From Tubiluchus corallicola (lineage: Eukaryota; Animalia; Priapulida), in NCBI GenBank assembly GCA_030141605.1, contig JAQGDQ010000339.1:62001-126000 (forward strand): DNA of 64,000 nt, in the 5' to 3' direction. A model generated the notes under the pieces. The model made no database searches. It had not been told where the DNA came from and was given only the letters and a program-made list of their open reading frames with translations. Below, one piece after another: positions 27,801-39,500 of the stretch. The translations under genes were made by a program, and so were the position numbers. Position 1 is the stretch's first letter. The number at the start of each line of letters is the position of its first letter.

Positions 27801-29200
27801 ATTTACCCACTCCCCCTCCCCGATGCATAAAGTATTTACCCACTCCCCCCTCCCCGATGCATAAAGTATTTACCAACTCCCCCTCCCCGATGCATAAAGT
27901 AATACCACCCCCTCCCGATGCATAAAGTAATTACCCACTCCCCCTCCCCGATGCATAAAGTATTTACCCACTCCCCCTCCCCGATGCATAAAGTAATTAC
28001 CCACTCCCCTTCCCCGATGCATAAAGTATTTACCCACTCCCCCTCCCCGATGCATAAAGTATTTACCAACTCCCCCCCTCCCCGATGCATAAGATATTTA
28101 CCCACTCCCCCTCCNNNNNNNNNNNNNNNNNNNGCTCATACTTCTATATCAGTAATAGTACACCCATCGTATAATAGGTTCAATCGGTTAATTGGGTCAA
28201 AACACGGCGATCCCAAATTGAGTCTATTAAGCGGCCACTACTGTAATACAAAAGTAATGTAAGACTATCTTTTCACGTGAATTTTTGCGTAATTTACGGT
28301 CCTTTATAAGACATGCAACTGATGAAAACCACTTTAACACAACCCTGCTTTAATCTTTCACCAGTTGGCAATTTAACACGTGGAAAAACAAGTGAAGAAA
28401 CACTAATCCACCATTTAGACCCTTCTAAATCTACAGCATGAACCAGAGGACAATGTAGTAAGAAGATGAGAAGGCCATGAAGCTACGTGTTTTGCGGTAT
28501 TTATACCTTACAAAGATATGAACAATCTTTTTAAAAGTGAAATAGTAAAGCCAGTGAGTTTCAACACTAAATTTCGTCTACTAAACACCAAAAATCAGAA
28601 GATAAGTTCAAAGAAACAAGTTTGTACCATGGCAGTTAACGTTCGTATAATCAAGACTGGATTGCACCAAGCCGTCGTAGCCAGTTCCGCTTTGTTAAGC
28701 AGATGAAATGCAACGTCTATGCAAACGTCTTCAAACTGAAAAAGCATTACAGGTTTCATACTGTGATAGACGTAAAGTTAAAAACAGACATTTCAAGCTA
28801 TTTTGCAATATACTGCAACATATATCTACATATCCATATATACATCGTTTTATATATAGATGGGCAGTATAGGATTATCCAGATGGCAGCTGGAAGTTGA
28901 CAGTTTTTTTACTACTAACATAATGTTTGTTTGTTTTAGAGTGTTACATAGTTTCATACCAATCCAGGTACGTAATCTGTAAGGTAAATTGTTAAACTAT
29001 CTACATAATATTATATCATGTATCTTTTAGCTATCTAACTACTGAATTGCATTTCGATGTCGTGTCTAAATTCTGGTACATTTCTTTGTTTTAGATGTTT
29101 TGACAATGAATAGTTTTGTTCGAAACCGGTCGACAAAAAATTCACTTTTGGTGTATATGCAGTAAGTTGCAATAAATTGTAATATGTATGTATGTATGTA

Positions 29201-29239
<39 letters not shown>

Positions 29240-30394
29240 ACGTACGTATGTATAATACCATACTAAACTTAATGAAAGCATGATTCAAGAAAATGGCATC
29301 GAACAAACTGTCAATGGCCAGAAATAGCAGTCAAGTCGTCTCACGGTCTCAGTCGGTTACAAAACTTTCTTTAAAGATGCCAAAATTCATGCGGACAGAG
29401 AATGAACGTGCAAAATTTTAAGTGAATTTCGGACGAATAAAATTAATTTAACCGCTCATTCGTCAATGATGAGCATTCAGTAACACTCTGAGTAGAGAGT
29501 CAAACAGTCAAAATAAGAAAAATTCTGATTCTGAAATGATGTCACTACATTTCTCTACAGTCACGGTCAGCATCATGCCCGGTATGTTTCACTACGATCC
29601 ACTGACACAAATTTTAATGATTTAAATTCCTTAGACGTCGCGAAACAAACAAAACACACAATTAAAAACTAAAGCACACGTGTTGGTGCTACTTAGCTTA
29701 AAATTGTGCAGAAACTGTGACCATAAAAAACTACAGTCAGTTTGTATTTCATGTGATTGTAAACATGCTCTACAGTATAGTCTTGGATCTTCGGGAAGCG
29801 TCCAGCAATTGTCGCAGGACCTCTCAAATATCATTAACTTCAACATGCAACCACTTCAGTGTTCAGTGCCCTACCTGAGCAAAGTTCCAGTCCATCGGAC
29901 CAAATCTTCTCCAGTTTCCGACCCAAATGCGACCAGTTTCGTTCAGTACGTATTCGTAGCGTTCCTCTTCATTTTCCATGTAGACACAGTCTTCTGAAAT
30001 GCGGAAATACGAAAACACGAGTTCAGCCGTGTTCATTTTAATTGTAGGTCGCTAAATTCCAAAAACGTCTTACATCGAGATTTTGTGTAAATTGCCAGTG
30101 TTAATGTAAATGAAAATTGCTTTCCACGAAGGAGGTCGCGAGTTTAACTCCCGACCGAGTCATACCAAAGACTAAAAAAATGGTGCCGCTGGTACTCTGA
30201 CCAAGCACGCAGGTTTATCGAAATAACACGCGGGTAATAATAATCTGGACCACCTTGGAAACAAGTATTGAGTTACTTAAAGTGTTATTCCTGGACAATG
30301 TCCTAAACAAAATTATTATTATTATAACTACTATTATCAGTATTATTATTATTACTATTATAACTATTATTATTACTATTATTACTATTATAAC

Positions 30395-30487
<93 letters not shown>

Positions 30488-33400
30488 CAATGTGTCTCTC
30501 TCGCAGATGCAGAGCTGCTGATTATAGACCTAGTTTTTCAGAAGGCCCGTTAACTGTGGAAGTCTTACCAGAAAGAATTTTATTTGTTAATCAAAACCTC
30601 AACTGTTTGAAAAAGAACATCAATGACTCTCTCCTGTCACTTGCAAATTAATCCATATACTCTAGTGATGCTCCGGGTATCCGATTCGAATCTAAGAATC
30701 ATGACATTTGGGAAATCTTGCAGCTATTTGTACCCTAATTATATTTACCCAGTAGTTACAAACTTTGATATTCGCTACCCGGTTTTCGCAATATGCTGCT
30801 GAAACCGGTTTTCGAAAAATTCAATAGCTGAAAAAACACATGAAGTGTTAGCAAAAAACATAGAGATTGCTTTAGGGTGTGTTTATATTTGGTGAAAATT
30901 TTATGCACATTTTCTTTCCATCTGTATACGGTAAAATGGTGTACAGTAGATGCCACTTAATAGACTCACTTTGGGACGGAAGTGTTTTGACCCAATTAAC
31001 GGACAAAATCAATTAATGATGAACATCGTGAAAAGCAGCGGGAACTTCAAAAACAAACCGCTGGGCAAGTGATTAAATGTTTACCTTTCAGAAACAACGA
31101 GGTTAATTGCAGCGGATAAGCGGGTGACAGATTCAAAGCAAAACCGCTAGGCTAACATATTAGTGCATATGACAAACGTACTGTACCTGCTTACAAACAA
31201 AGCTTCTAACATGACTGTTCCTATGCACATTATAGTGCACAAAATGGACCTAAGATGATATAAAAGCAGTAACAGCTTTTTGGTCACACAGAAGTGTTTT
31301 ATTTTAAGTCTTTGAAGTAAAAATATTGTGTTAGTTATGCAGAGTTAATGAGTCAATTACCGACAGTTTTTATATACATATGAATAGGAGCGGCCCGTAC
31401 TAGACGTTTTTGAGTCAATTAAGCGAGTGATTCTATTAACAGTAAGTTTAATAAATGGCATCTACTGCATATTCAAGTGAAGCTTTGTGGCAACTATAAT
31501 CATCAGCATTGCGTAGGCCCAGCCATTGAGGGCTGGAATCCGTCTCGCCGTGCACCGAACTACATTGAAAAAACTCTTACCAGTACACCAAGGATTGAAT
31601 ATCAGATGAATGTGCTGATCTTCATGCTGATATCTGTAATGGAATTCATCGTTCAAGTCTTTTGACACGGTTTCTATAAACAACTTGTATGATCCGATGA
31701 TGGCATTGCTGTAGGTTATCACAGATATGTCAACTGTATTGTCTTTAGCGGCTACTAAACTAGCTTGCCAACTGCAAAAAATAACACAAGTTATACATCG
31801 TACATTTTTATACTGTATAACACATACACACAGTTCACAGTCTTAGTTTAACACAATGACGCATTACTTCAAAGAGGCCAAACTGAAATGGCTCTACTGA
31901 CTGAAACTTAAGCACTTCTGCACTAATTACAGAAATGCGATTAAACAGACATAGAACTAATTTTAAATGTAAAGTCATAGAATTGATTCAGTTAACACAA
32001 TGTCTTCATGTTGTGAAAGACAAGGTTAAATAAGCCTTTTCACAGTTCCAACGACTGATGACGATCGTGAAAAGATCAAAGGATAAGTGTACCACATAAC
32101 GCATTTATTTACACTTGACAATGCCTCTCAGCCCAAGCAATTGTATTAGTAACAGTTTTAGCAGCTAACTAGAATGTTACCTAGTTCATTTTTTCTTGTT
32201 CCAAAGCAACATCCTGCTAGTAAATCACTCTTGAAATTTGAAAATCGTATCTAGCAATTATTTTCGCTCAGCTAAAAATCCACAATTTTTCCCAATAATA
32301 TTAAAATGATACCTGTTGTTCCTTATCTCCCGCATTTTCACAGGTAATCTCCGCAGTGTCCCTTTGCTCTCCTGCGGCCGCAGTCCTAAAATACGGCAGC
32401 ACAGTTATAATACAAAACAATAACAAATCTGACTTCTCATTTAATAAGCAAGTAAGTAAAGGTGTTTTGTTTTTATAAAATGTTTCCATTCTCCATGGCT
32501 ACTTTACAATTAAAGGAAAGGTCAAGCCTTCTAGGGGGTTAGGCTAATTTCAGTGTTCACGAAAAATGTTAGAAGGATTTAGCAATACAGAAACACAGTG
32601 TCCAACTGCCACAGTAAAAAAATATGCCAAATTGCTAATTCACACTAATTCACTTGAAACTGCAGCATTGGAAGTGGTGCTGAGAAGCCACAGATTTACA
32701 TTGTGCAGCTGCCCTAAAGATTAATGCCCCAAATTTTTTAAACATTTACCCGTAACAAACTGCAAGATTACGGAATCAGTCTCCTCTTCGTACGGCCTGT
32801 TAAACGTTACCGTCAGATGGAATACCTGACCACGACGAACGATCAACTGATCCAGCTCATACTCGTCCGTATGATGCGCGGAACAGTTCGACGCTCTTTG
32901 TAAATCCACATTTTCCACTGTTAACTGACTGGCTGAAAAAATACGATGATAATTTATTTATAAAGTGTATCAGTAACTCGACAATTATTGTCATCAGATG
33001 TGCTATAAAACAGGTCTACTATTAAGAATAACTGCAATAAAAATACACAAGGCAACTAATTAAATGATATAGTAAACAATATGCTTTAAAAATCATACTA
33101 GTTAAAAGTTACGGTAAAATGATAGGTTTAAAAACTCGTTTTAAAACGATTAAATTAGCAATAGAATGCAAACTAAACGGAAATTTATTCCATTCACGTA
33201 GAGCTGCACTGGCAAAAGCAAGCTAAATGGAAGTTTATTCCATTCACGTGGAGTTGCACTGGCAAAAGCAAGCTAAACGGAAGTTTATTCCATTCACGTA
33301 GAGCTGCACTGGCAAAAGCAAGCTAAATGGAAGTTTATTCCATTCACGTGGAGTTGCACTGGCAAAAGCAAGCTAAGCGACAGTTTAAAAATAATACGTT

Positions 33401-36391
33401 GTTTGACAGGGAGCCAGTGCAACTCCATTAGAATCGGAGTAATATGATCAAAATGCTTAGCTTCATTAACAATTCTACCAGACGTAGTCTGAAGACATTG
33501 CAAGCGATAAAAATATCAAAGATAACGCACTACATAAAGTGACAGTACGAAAACAATGTCAATCATCGAGTCAATATGGATAATTGGATAAGCTAATTCA
33601 TCAGCAAACAGCAGAAGAGGTTTGTGTAGTATATGCAGTTAAATGAAAAGAAACGCTATTTTTAAGTACGTGGTAAAACGTGACTGGTTCACCAAAAAAC
33701 ACATTATTGATTTTATTGACACTATAAAGTAACTTATACTTTGGCATATTTAACAAGGAGTGTGCTCAGATTATTTTTTCAAACTTTATGCAATCAAAAC
33801 TTGTTTCAATTGGTCATCGCGTTAATTGACATTTACAAGGTTTATATGTACAACTACCAACACAAGCTCTGTGTATAATAAAACTGTATTTAAGTCACAT
33901 CAAATTTAAAGACGAAGCTTTATTTATGAAAAAGTGTTTTCTGATACTTTAATAGTTGAATATTTTCCAAATTTTTGGTGAATCAGTGGTGCACACAGGG
34001 ATGGCGATACAGTGCTGTTTCACCAGTTGGTGCAAACATTTTAAATTATTAATTATTTTCATTTTCAATTACATTAAAGTCTTTCAAACAGGTAAGTGCA
34101 ATACAAAGTAATATAACTTTGTATGGAAAGTTCTTTAAGAAATGTCTTGGAATTCAACTTATTTGTAAAAAATTTAAAATATGCCAACCTTTTTGCTTTG
34201 CCTTCGTCTTCAGCACTGGATTATTTTCAACAAATTCATCATCAGAAATGATCACTCTTCGTCCCTCACTCTCTCCGAGCTTCTTCGCTCTTCTCTCTCG
34301 CGAATGAATTGATCTGTAGAATATTACATTTAAATTACAACAAAGTAAAATAAGAAAACTTCAGCTACAGCCACCAGTTTTCTGCGGCTGGTCTTGCAGA
34401 CCAAGTGCAATTACTATTTCAGCAATTAACAAACTTATAGTTCTGCAGATCTTTCATTATAGTTGAACCAGCGACGTGAACATCTGTTGTATTATCGATT
34501 CTGTTTATCTGTCTGATTCTGTCTGCTCGCCCGTCTGTCTGTCCATCTGTTTGTCCATCATGCACGGCTGTAGAGTAATGTAGGAAGCTGAAAGTTTTTT
34601 GTCATACTGGTAGGGCATGGCTCAATATCGGAACTTATAAAATTCTGCGACAATCGGTGCAAGACCTGTACCGATGAAATATCTGTCTGTATTGAATTCT
34701 AACCTCAACCAATCGGGAAGCTCCCTATAGCGACAGCTTTTTTTCACATAATCATTCTCATCTGTTGTAGACATTGTGATATTACCATTTATAAGAGATA
34801 CCAGCAGCTGCTTCGCCAAAGAAATTTAATATCATCTTAAGTGTCAATGCAGAGACTACCGTTTTTGCGGTAGTTTCAAAGTACGTTAATCTCATTGGGG
34901 TAACTATGTCCCTCTACTGAGATCTTTCTGCTTTAAAATCAGTAGAATAGAATAGTTAAATACTAAACTTGCTATTAAAAATCTGCTACTGAAAGGAACG
35001 AAAATTCCAAGCTATGTGGAAAGTCTAAGACTATAATGAATATTTGAATATATATTTTAATACATTGAATATATTTGATTATATATGAATATGAATCTAA
35101 GACTAAATTTGAGGCCTGCGTAACTGCATCATTTTAGTATTTTATCGTGCAGTAACAGTATGGTTTACCTAAACAATGTTTTTACCAACAGAGGTCAATT
35201 TCTTGGGGACCACAGTAATATGACTTAACACAGCACAAATGCTTATAATCAAGAAACAGATATAAGTTATGAGACACACAATATAATGACATAAAAATAT
35301 ATTATGTTATATTAAAAACATTAAATATATATGTTTAAAAAGTTAAACATTTCATTAAGCACCAACCTTCTGCCTTCAATTCTCCTTCTTTTCGGTGTCA
35401 CACTCCTATATAAAAAAGATTACGGCTTTTTTAAACAATTTAAAATTAACCTTAAAGCGCTCATTTTGGATTTCAGTGTTTTCAGGTATCACGCAGTTTC
35501 CGAGTTGGAAATACTTATTCAATAAAATACTAATACTCTACATTATAATAGAAAAAATAATCAATTTTTAAGCTACTTGATTGTCACACACAACGGGATA
35601 CACGACATTTGGGTAGGGAACATTTGGGCACGGGGACACTGGGCATGGGGACAGTTTCGTACCAATGACATTTTATTTTGCAGCTAATTTTCTTTATTTT
35701 TGTTAATTAATCTTTTAATGATTCGTGTCGTTTCCTAACTCTCATAATATTTTTTAAGAATGATCATTTCACCAAATTAAACATGTGCAGTAATATATGA
35801 TATGATATAATAACTAAAACCCGTCAATTGACTTTGCGTTTCCTAGATTTTCACCCTAATTCAACCCTGTAATCAGGTAGTGGATGAGGAATCCGTAAAT
35901 AATTTTAGCACGTTAGACAATTTGATTTGCAGCGCAAAACAGAAATAATGTATCCTTGTGTGATTGAGTCACGTTGGATGTAACTTGTCCATCGGCGCAA
36001 TTCCCAAATATTCTGTCCCCATAGTGACAGGCTAAATGTGCAAAATAAACTACAACATGTCCCTGAATGAATTAGTCTACACAATATGCAGCATACCATT
36101 AAGATCAGTTGTAGTTTCAAGTCAAAATCAAAGTTTTTTTCATTTTAATATTTATTATTATTATCACATTCTGCATTTCAATACAAGTAATTATCACTTG
36201 CATCAAAACCCCACGATAACGCATTCAGTAAATGACGCCCAGGTCAAGGAGTTTTATCTTATGATTGGAATGATGATTGATCTGTTCTTCAATTTTACAG
36301 CGGGATTCTAATTCTAATAATTGAATTCAGCTTACGTTGCAGCTTCCGGCACAGATGGTCGAGACCGGACCCTTGGACTTCTCCTCACCAT
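9849..36391 (-). CDS. TGM: Protein-glutamine gamma-glutamyltransferase (transglutaminase), 18 exons, 865 aa. Exons in transcript order: 36336-36391, 35367-35405, 34189-34313, 32750-32932, 32313-32385, 31581-31771, 29875-29993, 28628-28735, 26539-26722, 24657-24792, 22780-22883, 20792-21034, 19493-19656, 18033-18162, 15215-15375, 13840-13976, 11461-11719, 9849-10034
   Basis: All junctions are GT-AG and phase-consistent, totalling 2598 nt with no internal stop. Motifs: N-domain HHTDEY..LIVRRGQ, LIFNPWC, WNFAQFE, catalytic Cys YGQCWVFSG (exon 9), [19 protein letters not shown], catalytic His WNFHVWNE and Asp [11 protein letters not shown] (exon 11), [14 protein letters not shown], two C-terminal barrels ([17 protein letters not shown]). 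Exons 1-3 and 18 are supported by splice signals and frame only. Confidence 0.95.
10172..10314 (+). mobile_element. Probable tRNA-derived SINE head fragment
   Basis: A-box-like GGTGACGAGTGG and B-box-like GTGTTCGAATCT at tRNA-like spacing; no convincing cloverleaf. Confidence 0.4.
10319..10801. mobile_element. TTAA-flanked MITE, Kolobok-like (family C), copy 1
   Basis: TTAA-AGGAAAACCGGACAATTGT...ACAATCGTCCGGTCTTCCT-TTAA. Confidence 0.85.
13316..13791. mobile_element. Kolobok-like MITE family C, copy 2 (inverted relative to copy 1)
   Basis: TTAA on both sides; the sequence is the reverse complement of 10319-10801 over nearly its full length. Confidence 0.85.
16689..16968. repeat. 48-bp palindromic minisatellite, ~5.5 copies
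   Basis: Unit GTATGGTCGTTCCCTTTCCCCACACATAGGGGAAGGGAGCAAAAGACC; accounts for the 16-aa repeat ORFs. Confidence 0.92.
18468..18888. mobile_element. Kolobok-like MITE (further family)
   Basis: TTAA-AGGACAAGAAAA...TTTTCTTGTCCT-TCAA. Confidence 0.55.
20390..20784. repeat. 80-bp tandem repeat, ~5 copies
   Basis: Unit tgacctatagtttaacaatgggtccagttactataaaacgtttgctttttgcaattataaaatcaaatacattcttgtac; the last three copies are essentially identical. Confidence 0.92.
21857..22711. mobile_element. MITE family E (pogo/Tigger-like); related copy ~30943-31466, inverted fragment ~28134-28243, fragment ~49915-50020
   Basis: TA-CAGTAGGGTGCCGCTTAATAGACTC...GAGTCTAATAAATGGCCACAACTG-TA; homologous copies are visible. 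Confidence 0.8.
23165..24410. repeat. 35-bp minisatellite (GTTTTCTTTATCTACACAGTCAAATTGCGCGTTCC), ~35 copies
   Basis: Tandem array in TGase intron 10; source of the spurious 403-aa ORF. Confidence 0.95.
27088..28114. repeat. 33-bp C/G-skewed minisatellite (CCCGATGCATAAAGTATTTACCCACTCCCCCTC), ~31 copies, running into the assembly gap
   Basis: Highly homogeneous tandem array followed by the N run. Confidence 0.95.
28115..28133. other. Assembly gap (N run)
   Basis: 19 N characters. Confidence 0.99.
29183..29252. repeat. Compound (TATG)n/(TCTG)n microsatellite
   Basis: Directly visible. Confidence 0.9.
30118..30487 (+). mobile_element. 5'-truncated tRNA-derived SINE with MetaSINE-like core and (ATT)n tail
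   Basis: B-box-like GAGTTTAACTCCC, then GTCATACCAAAGACTAAAAAAATGGT...AAGCACGCAG (resembles the Meta domain, recognised from memory), a LINE-like 3' end GGACCACCTTGGAAACAAG...TTATTCCTGG, and ~175 bp of (ATT)n at 30311-30487. Confidence 0.7.
33095..33515 (-). mobile_element. L2-clade LINE 3' fragment with an internal 50-bp x4 tandem amplification
   Basis: Translation [26 protein letters not shown] and [14 protein letters not shown] are typical of the L2 ORF2 C-terminus; tandem at ~33175-33376. Confidence 0.75.
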
Positions 36392-36554
36392 TTTTTGCTA
36401 CAATTATTTGGAAAATGTTTATTTTTCCTGCTAACTCTTTAATGATAATTTAGCAAGTAAGTCATGTACAGCCGCCGCTTCTTTCCAAAACCCCGCCAAC
36501 GGCAAAAGCGTGAATCTTGACTAATTTGTCGCTCCCACAATTCACTGATACAAA
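36392..36554. promoter_or_regulatory. Putative compact bidirectional promoter between TGase and NDUFAF6
   Basis: 163 bp separates two divergent ATGs; contains GC-box-like CCCCGCC (36491-36497) and GCCGCCGC; no TATA box. Transcription start sites are unknown. Confidence 0.6.
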
Positions 36555-39500
36555 ATGTCAGCTTGCACTTGTAGTTGTGCGAGATCGTTTTCTACTGGTA
36601 AATTTCGGGACACTGCCACTTATTGCTTGGAATTAATAAGGTTTGTACATGCTCCAAGTTTATAATTATCTTTATGACGTGCAAAAGCATAATAATGAAG
36701 AAAGAAAACAGCTGGGACTCACTGACGTCGTCGTCGTTTCGGTGCTGCTACATTATAAAAAACCATGGCACGTCCCTCCTGTTGGTGCTAGGCATTCCTG
36801 TCCGCTCACGATGCATCATTCCTCAAATCTACAGTTGTATTTGCTAAATGCTTCTACAGTATATCTATATATGTCATTAGCTGACTTCCTCTTGGTCTTT
36901 TGTCGTTTCAAGAGCTTTAACTAGTTTAAGTAATTCCGTAGGAAGAGGAGCCTACTAACTACTGCCAAATCACGTTGAAAACACCGGTTCTCGCCTGATC
37001 ACCGAAGTTAAGCAACGTAGAGCCTGGTTAGTGCTTGGATGGGTGACCGCCTAGGAATACCAGGTGCTGTAGACTTGCGGGATGCCCACACTGTATCTCG
37101 ACACTAGGCGGAGGAGCTGCACCAGCAGCCAACGGCTAGAGGGCGTAGGAGGTCACGTGACCCAACAGCCATGTGTAGAGGAGTAAACCTTCCAAATCAG
37201 GAGTGGAGCCACGAAGGCGGACCAGTGCAGCATGATCACTGACTCCGGCAGCTCCTGCAGCCAACCTGGTGCCAAACGTATCGCTCCGCTTTCCTTTGGA
37301 CTACACCAGCGAGGAAGAGAGGGGGTTCCTGTTGTGTGGGCAACTCAGGATCTCCATACACCTTGCCCAGACGTGCGCCCTGGAGATGTTCAAGGATCGC
37401 ACTGCTCAGCCACAGTCGACGCTGCGGCTCCATCAATGTGATCAATAACCGACTCACTTGGCGCACACTCCATTGTCTTCCGAGACAGAAATATGCCAAC
37501 CAACCAGGAAGAGGAGACTCTTGAGGTAATCTTAGTGTGTGCCCAATCCAATGTATACTGCAATAACTTATAGAAACAACGAGGAGATTAACACAAATAA
37601 TTCAATCAGTTGTACAGTGACATAGAGTATTAATATTGGAAATTTACTGAATTTTGCTGCTGATGGTGTGAATTGCAATGGGAAAAGATAAAAAGATACA
37701 TATACTCATGAGGAAATTCAGTTATTCAAATACCAGTCTTATGGAGCAGGATTATAAATAATTGGTAAGAACTATCCATTTACGATGGTAGCAAGGCTAC
37801 CAATAGATAACATGATATTAAAGAATTCAAGAAAGCAATAATTCAAAATGTAATGAAGTAATAATAAAAAAAGTGATTCAACAAAGCAAGTATTCTCACC
37901 GCAGTCCAGAGTGTTTTCAAAACGTTTTCTCCATATCATTATGAGAGGTAGTTTGAAATGCCATTTTGCACTAAAATCCTTTTCACAGGCCAATGCGTAT
38001 AAAGCGTTGACCTTCTATTTGTTTTAAAATGGTTTCTCCAGCAACTTTGTGAACACTGAAGATGTTTCTGCGAAACCATTTTGCCATGTGAAAGGTGCAT
38101 TAGAATGTTTCAGTTAGTACTGAAACTGGTCATTGTTATTTTTTGTTTTTGCTGTTGTTTTTGCTTCTTTTCCTGTACACTATTGTCTTTACATTACAGG
38201 CGCAATGATTATGAAGGGTTTCTGTGCTCATTGCTGTTATCACAAAGTGCCAGAAGTGCTGCCATGGCTATTAGAGCATTTAACGTGGAAATAGCAAAGG
38301 TCTGTTTTTTTATGCTTTGTACTTGTGCCTTTTGTTAGCCTTGAATCCGTGCAGTAACATTACAAATTAAAAATACAAGATTTGTCAGAAGTCACTACGC
38401 TCGTACCTCGGGTTTGCCGGACAAAAGCGGGGAGACGTCGGTCTGAATTTGCCGATAGTCCAAAAGACAATACACGAAGGACACGCGCGTGCACAGATTT
38501 TCATCTTTATACATGTAGATGTTCAATCAATGTGGTTTAAAATGGTTTTAGGTTCAAGACTCGGTATCGGATCAAAAAATTGGTGAAATGAAGATGCAGT
38601 TTTGGAAGGATGCAATGCAAAACATTTATAAGGTGAGGTTTTTTCTTATGATACCTGCTGTGACTTACTCTCTCACATTTTACTTTTTGGTATCATAATG
38701 TAAACAAAAATATCGAGTCTATATCCGGGCCTAAATCAACTCAGTGTACAGAGCAAGCAAGTAACAGAGTTTTCTCCAATTCGAAACCTCATCTCTAGTT
38801 AACCTAAGCAGATTTACAAGGGTAGTTTTTAGTTTTAGGTTTAATGCCTTGACATCTGCATTTAACTCACGAGATAAATATACTTTAAAATATATCACTT
38901 ATACTTTAAAATATAGGAAGTATATAGAATATGAATTAATATAGCCGTGTTTATAATCTCTCTAACTATCTCAATATTTTAATTTTACAGGGAAATCCGC
39001 CTGACCATCCTGTTGCTATAGAAGTCGCAAAGGTAAGTAACTTTTCTTGTTACAAGATTTATTGGTTTTTTTTCTGTTATAAGATTTATTGATTTTTTTT
39101 CTACGATCTTGTACATATCAGTTTTGTTCTTTTTTAATTTGTTGATGATATTTTGAAGTTCGTCATCTTGGCCTTGTAAATCAACCAACAAAAATGATTG
39201 GTTTTTGTTTGCAGGCAGTAAAACAGCATGATTTATCCAGGCACTGGTTCAGTCGTATCATCGATGCTAGGGTTTGTATCAGCAAAAGTCTTGATCATGA
39301 GTTTGTATTTTTAAAATATAAATTATAGTTGTATGTAACTGTAAGCAAAATTATTTTGAAAATTTAAGAAACAAAATGACAAAGTTTATATCTCTCTTCT
39401 TTATTTCCAATTCTAGGAGAAAAATTTAACTGGGAGACCCCCTGCCTCTCTGCAAGATTGCGAAAATTACGGAGAGAACACGGTGTCGTCTGTAATCTAC

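Noticed and set aside
27071-28262. [11 protein letters not shown] / [10 protein letters not shown] repeat ORFs
   Set aside because: Products of the 33-bp minisatellite; frames shift with C-run length.
30215-30521. Poly-Ile ORFs on both strands
   Set aside because: (ATT)n microsatellite tail of a SINE.
36957-37076. Functional 5S rRNA gene
   Set aside because: No oligo-T terminator, altered 5' end, not in an array, and enclosed with a LINE-derived body inside a TSD.
38026-38082. Hammerhead-like CTGAAGA...CGAAAC (similar motif at ~57282-57305)
   Set aside because: Stem I cannot be formed around a cleavage triplet and stem II is 1 bp or mostly G-U; likely chance.
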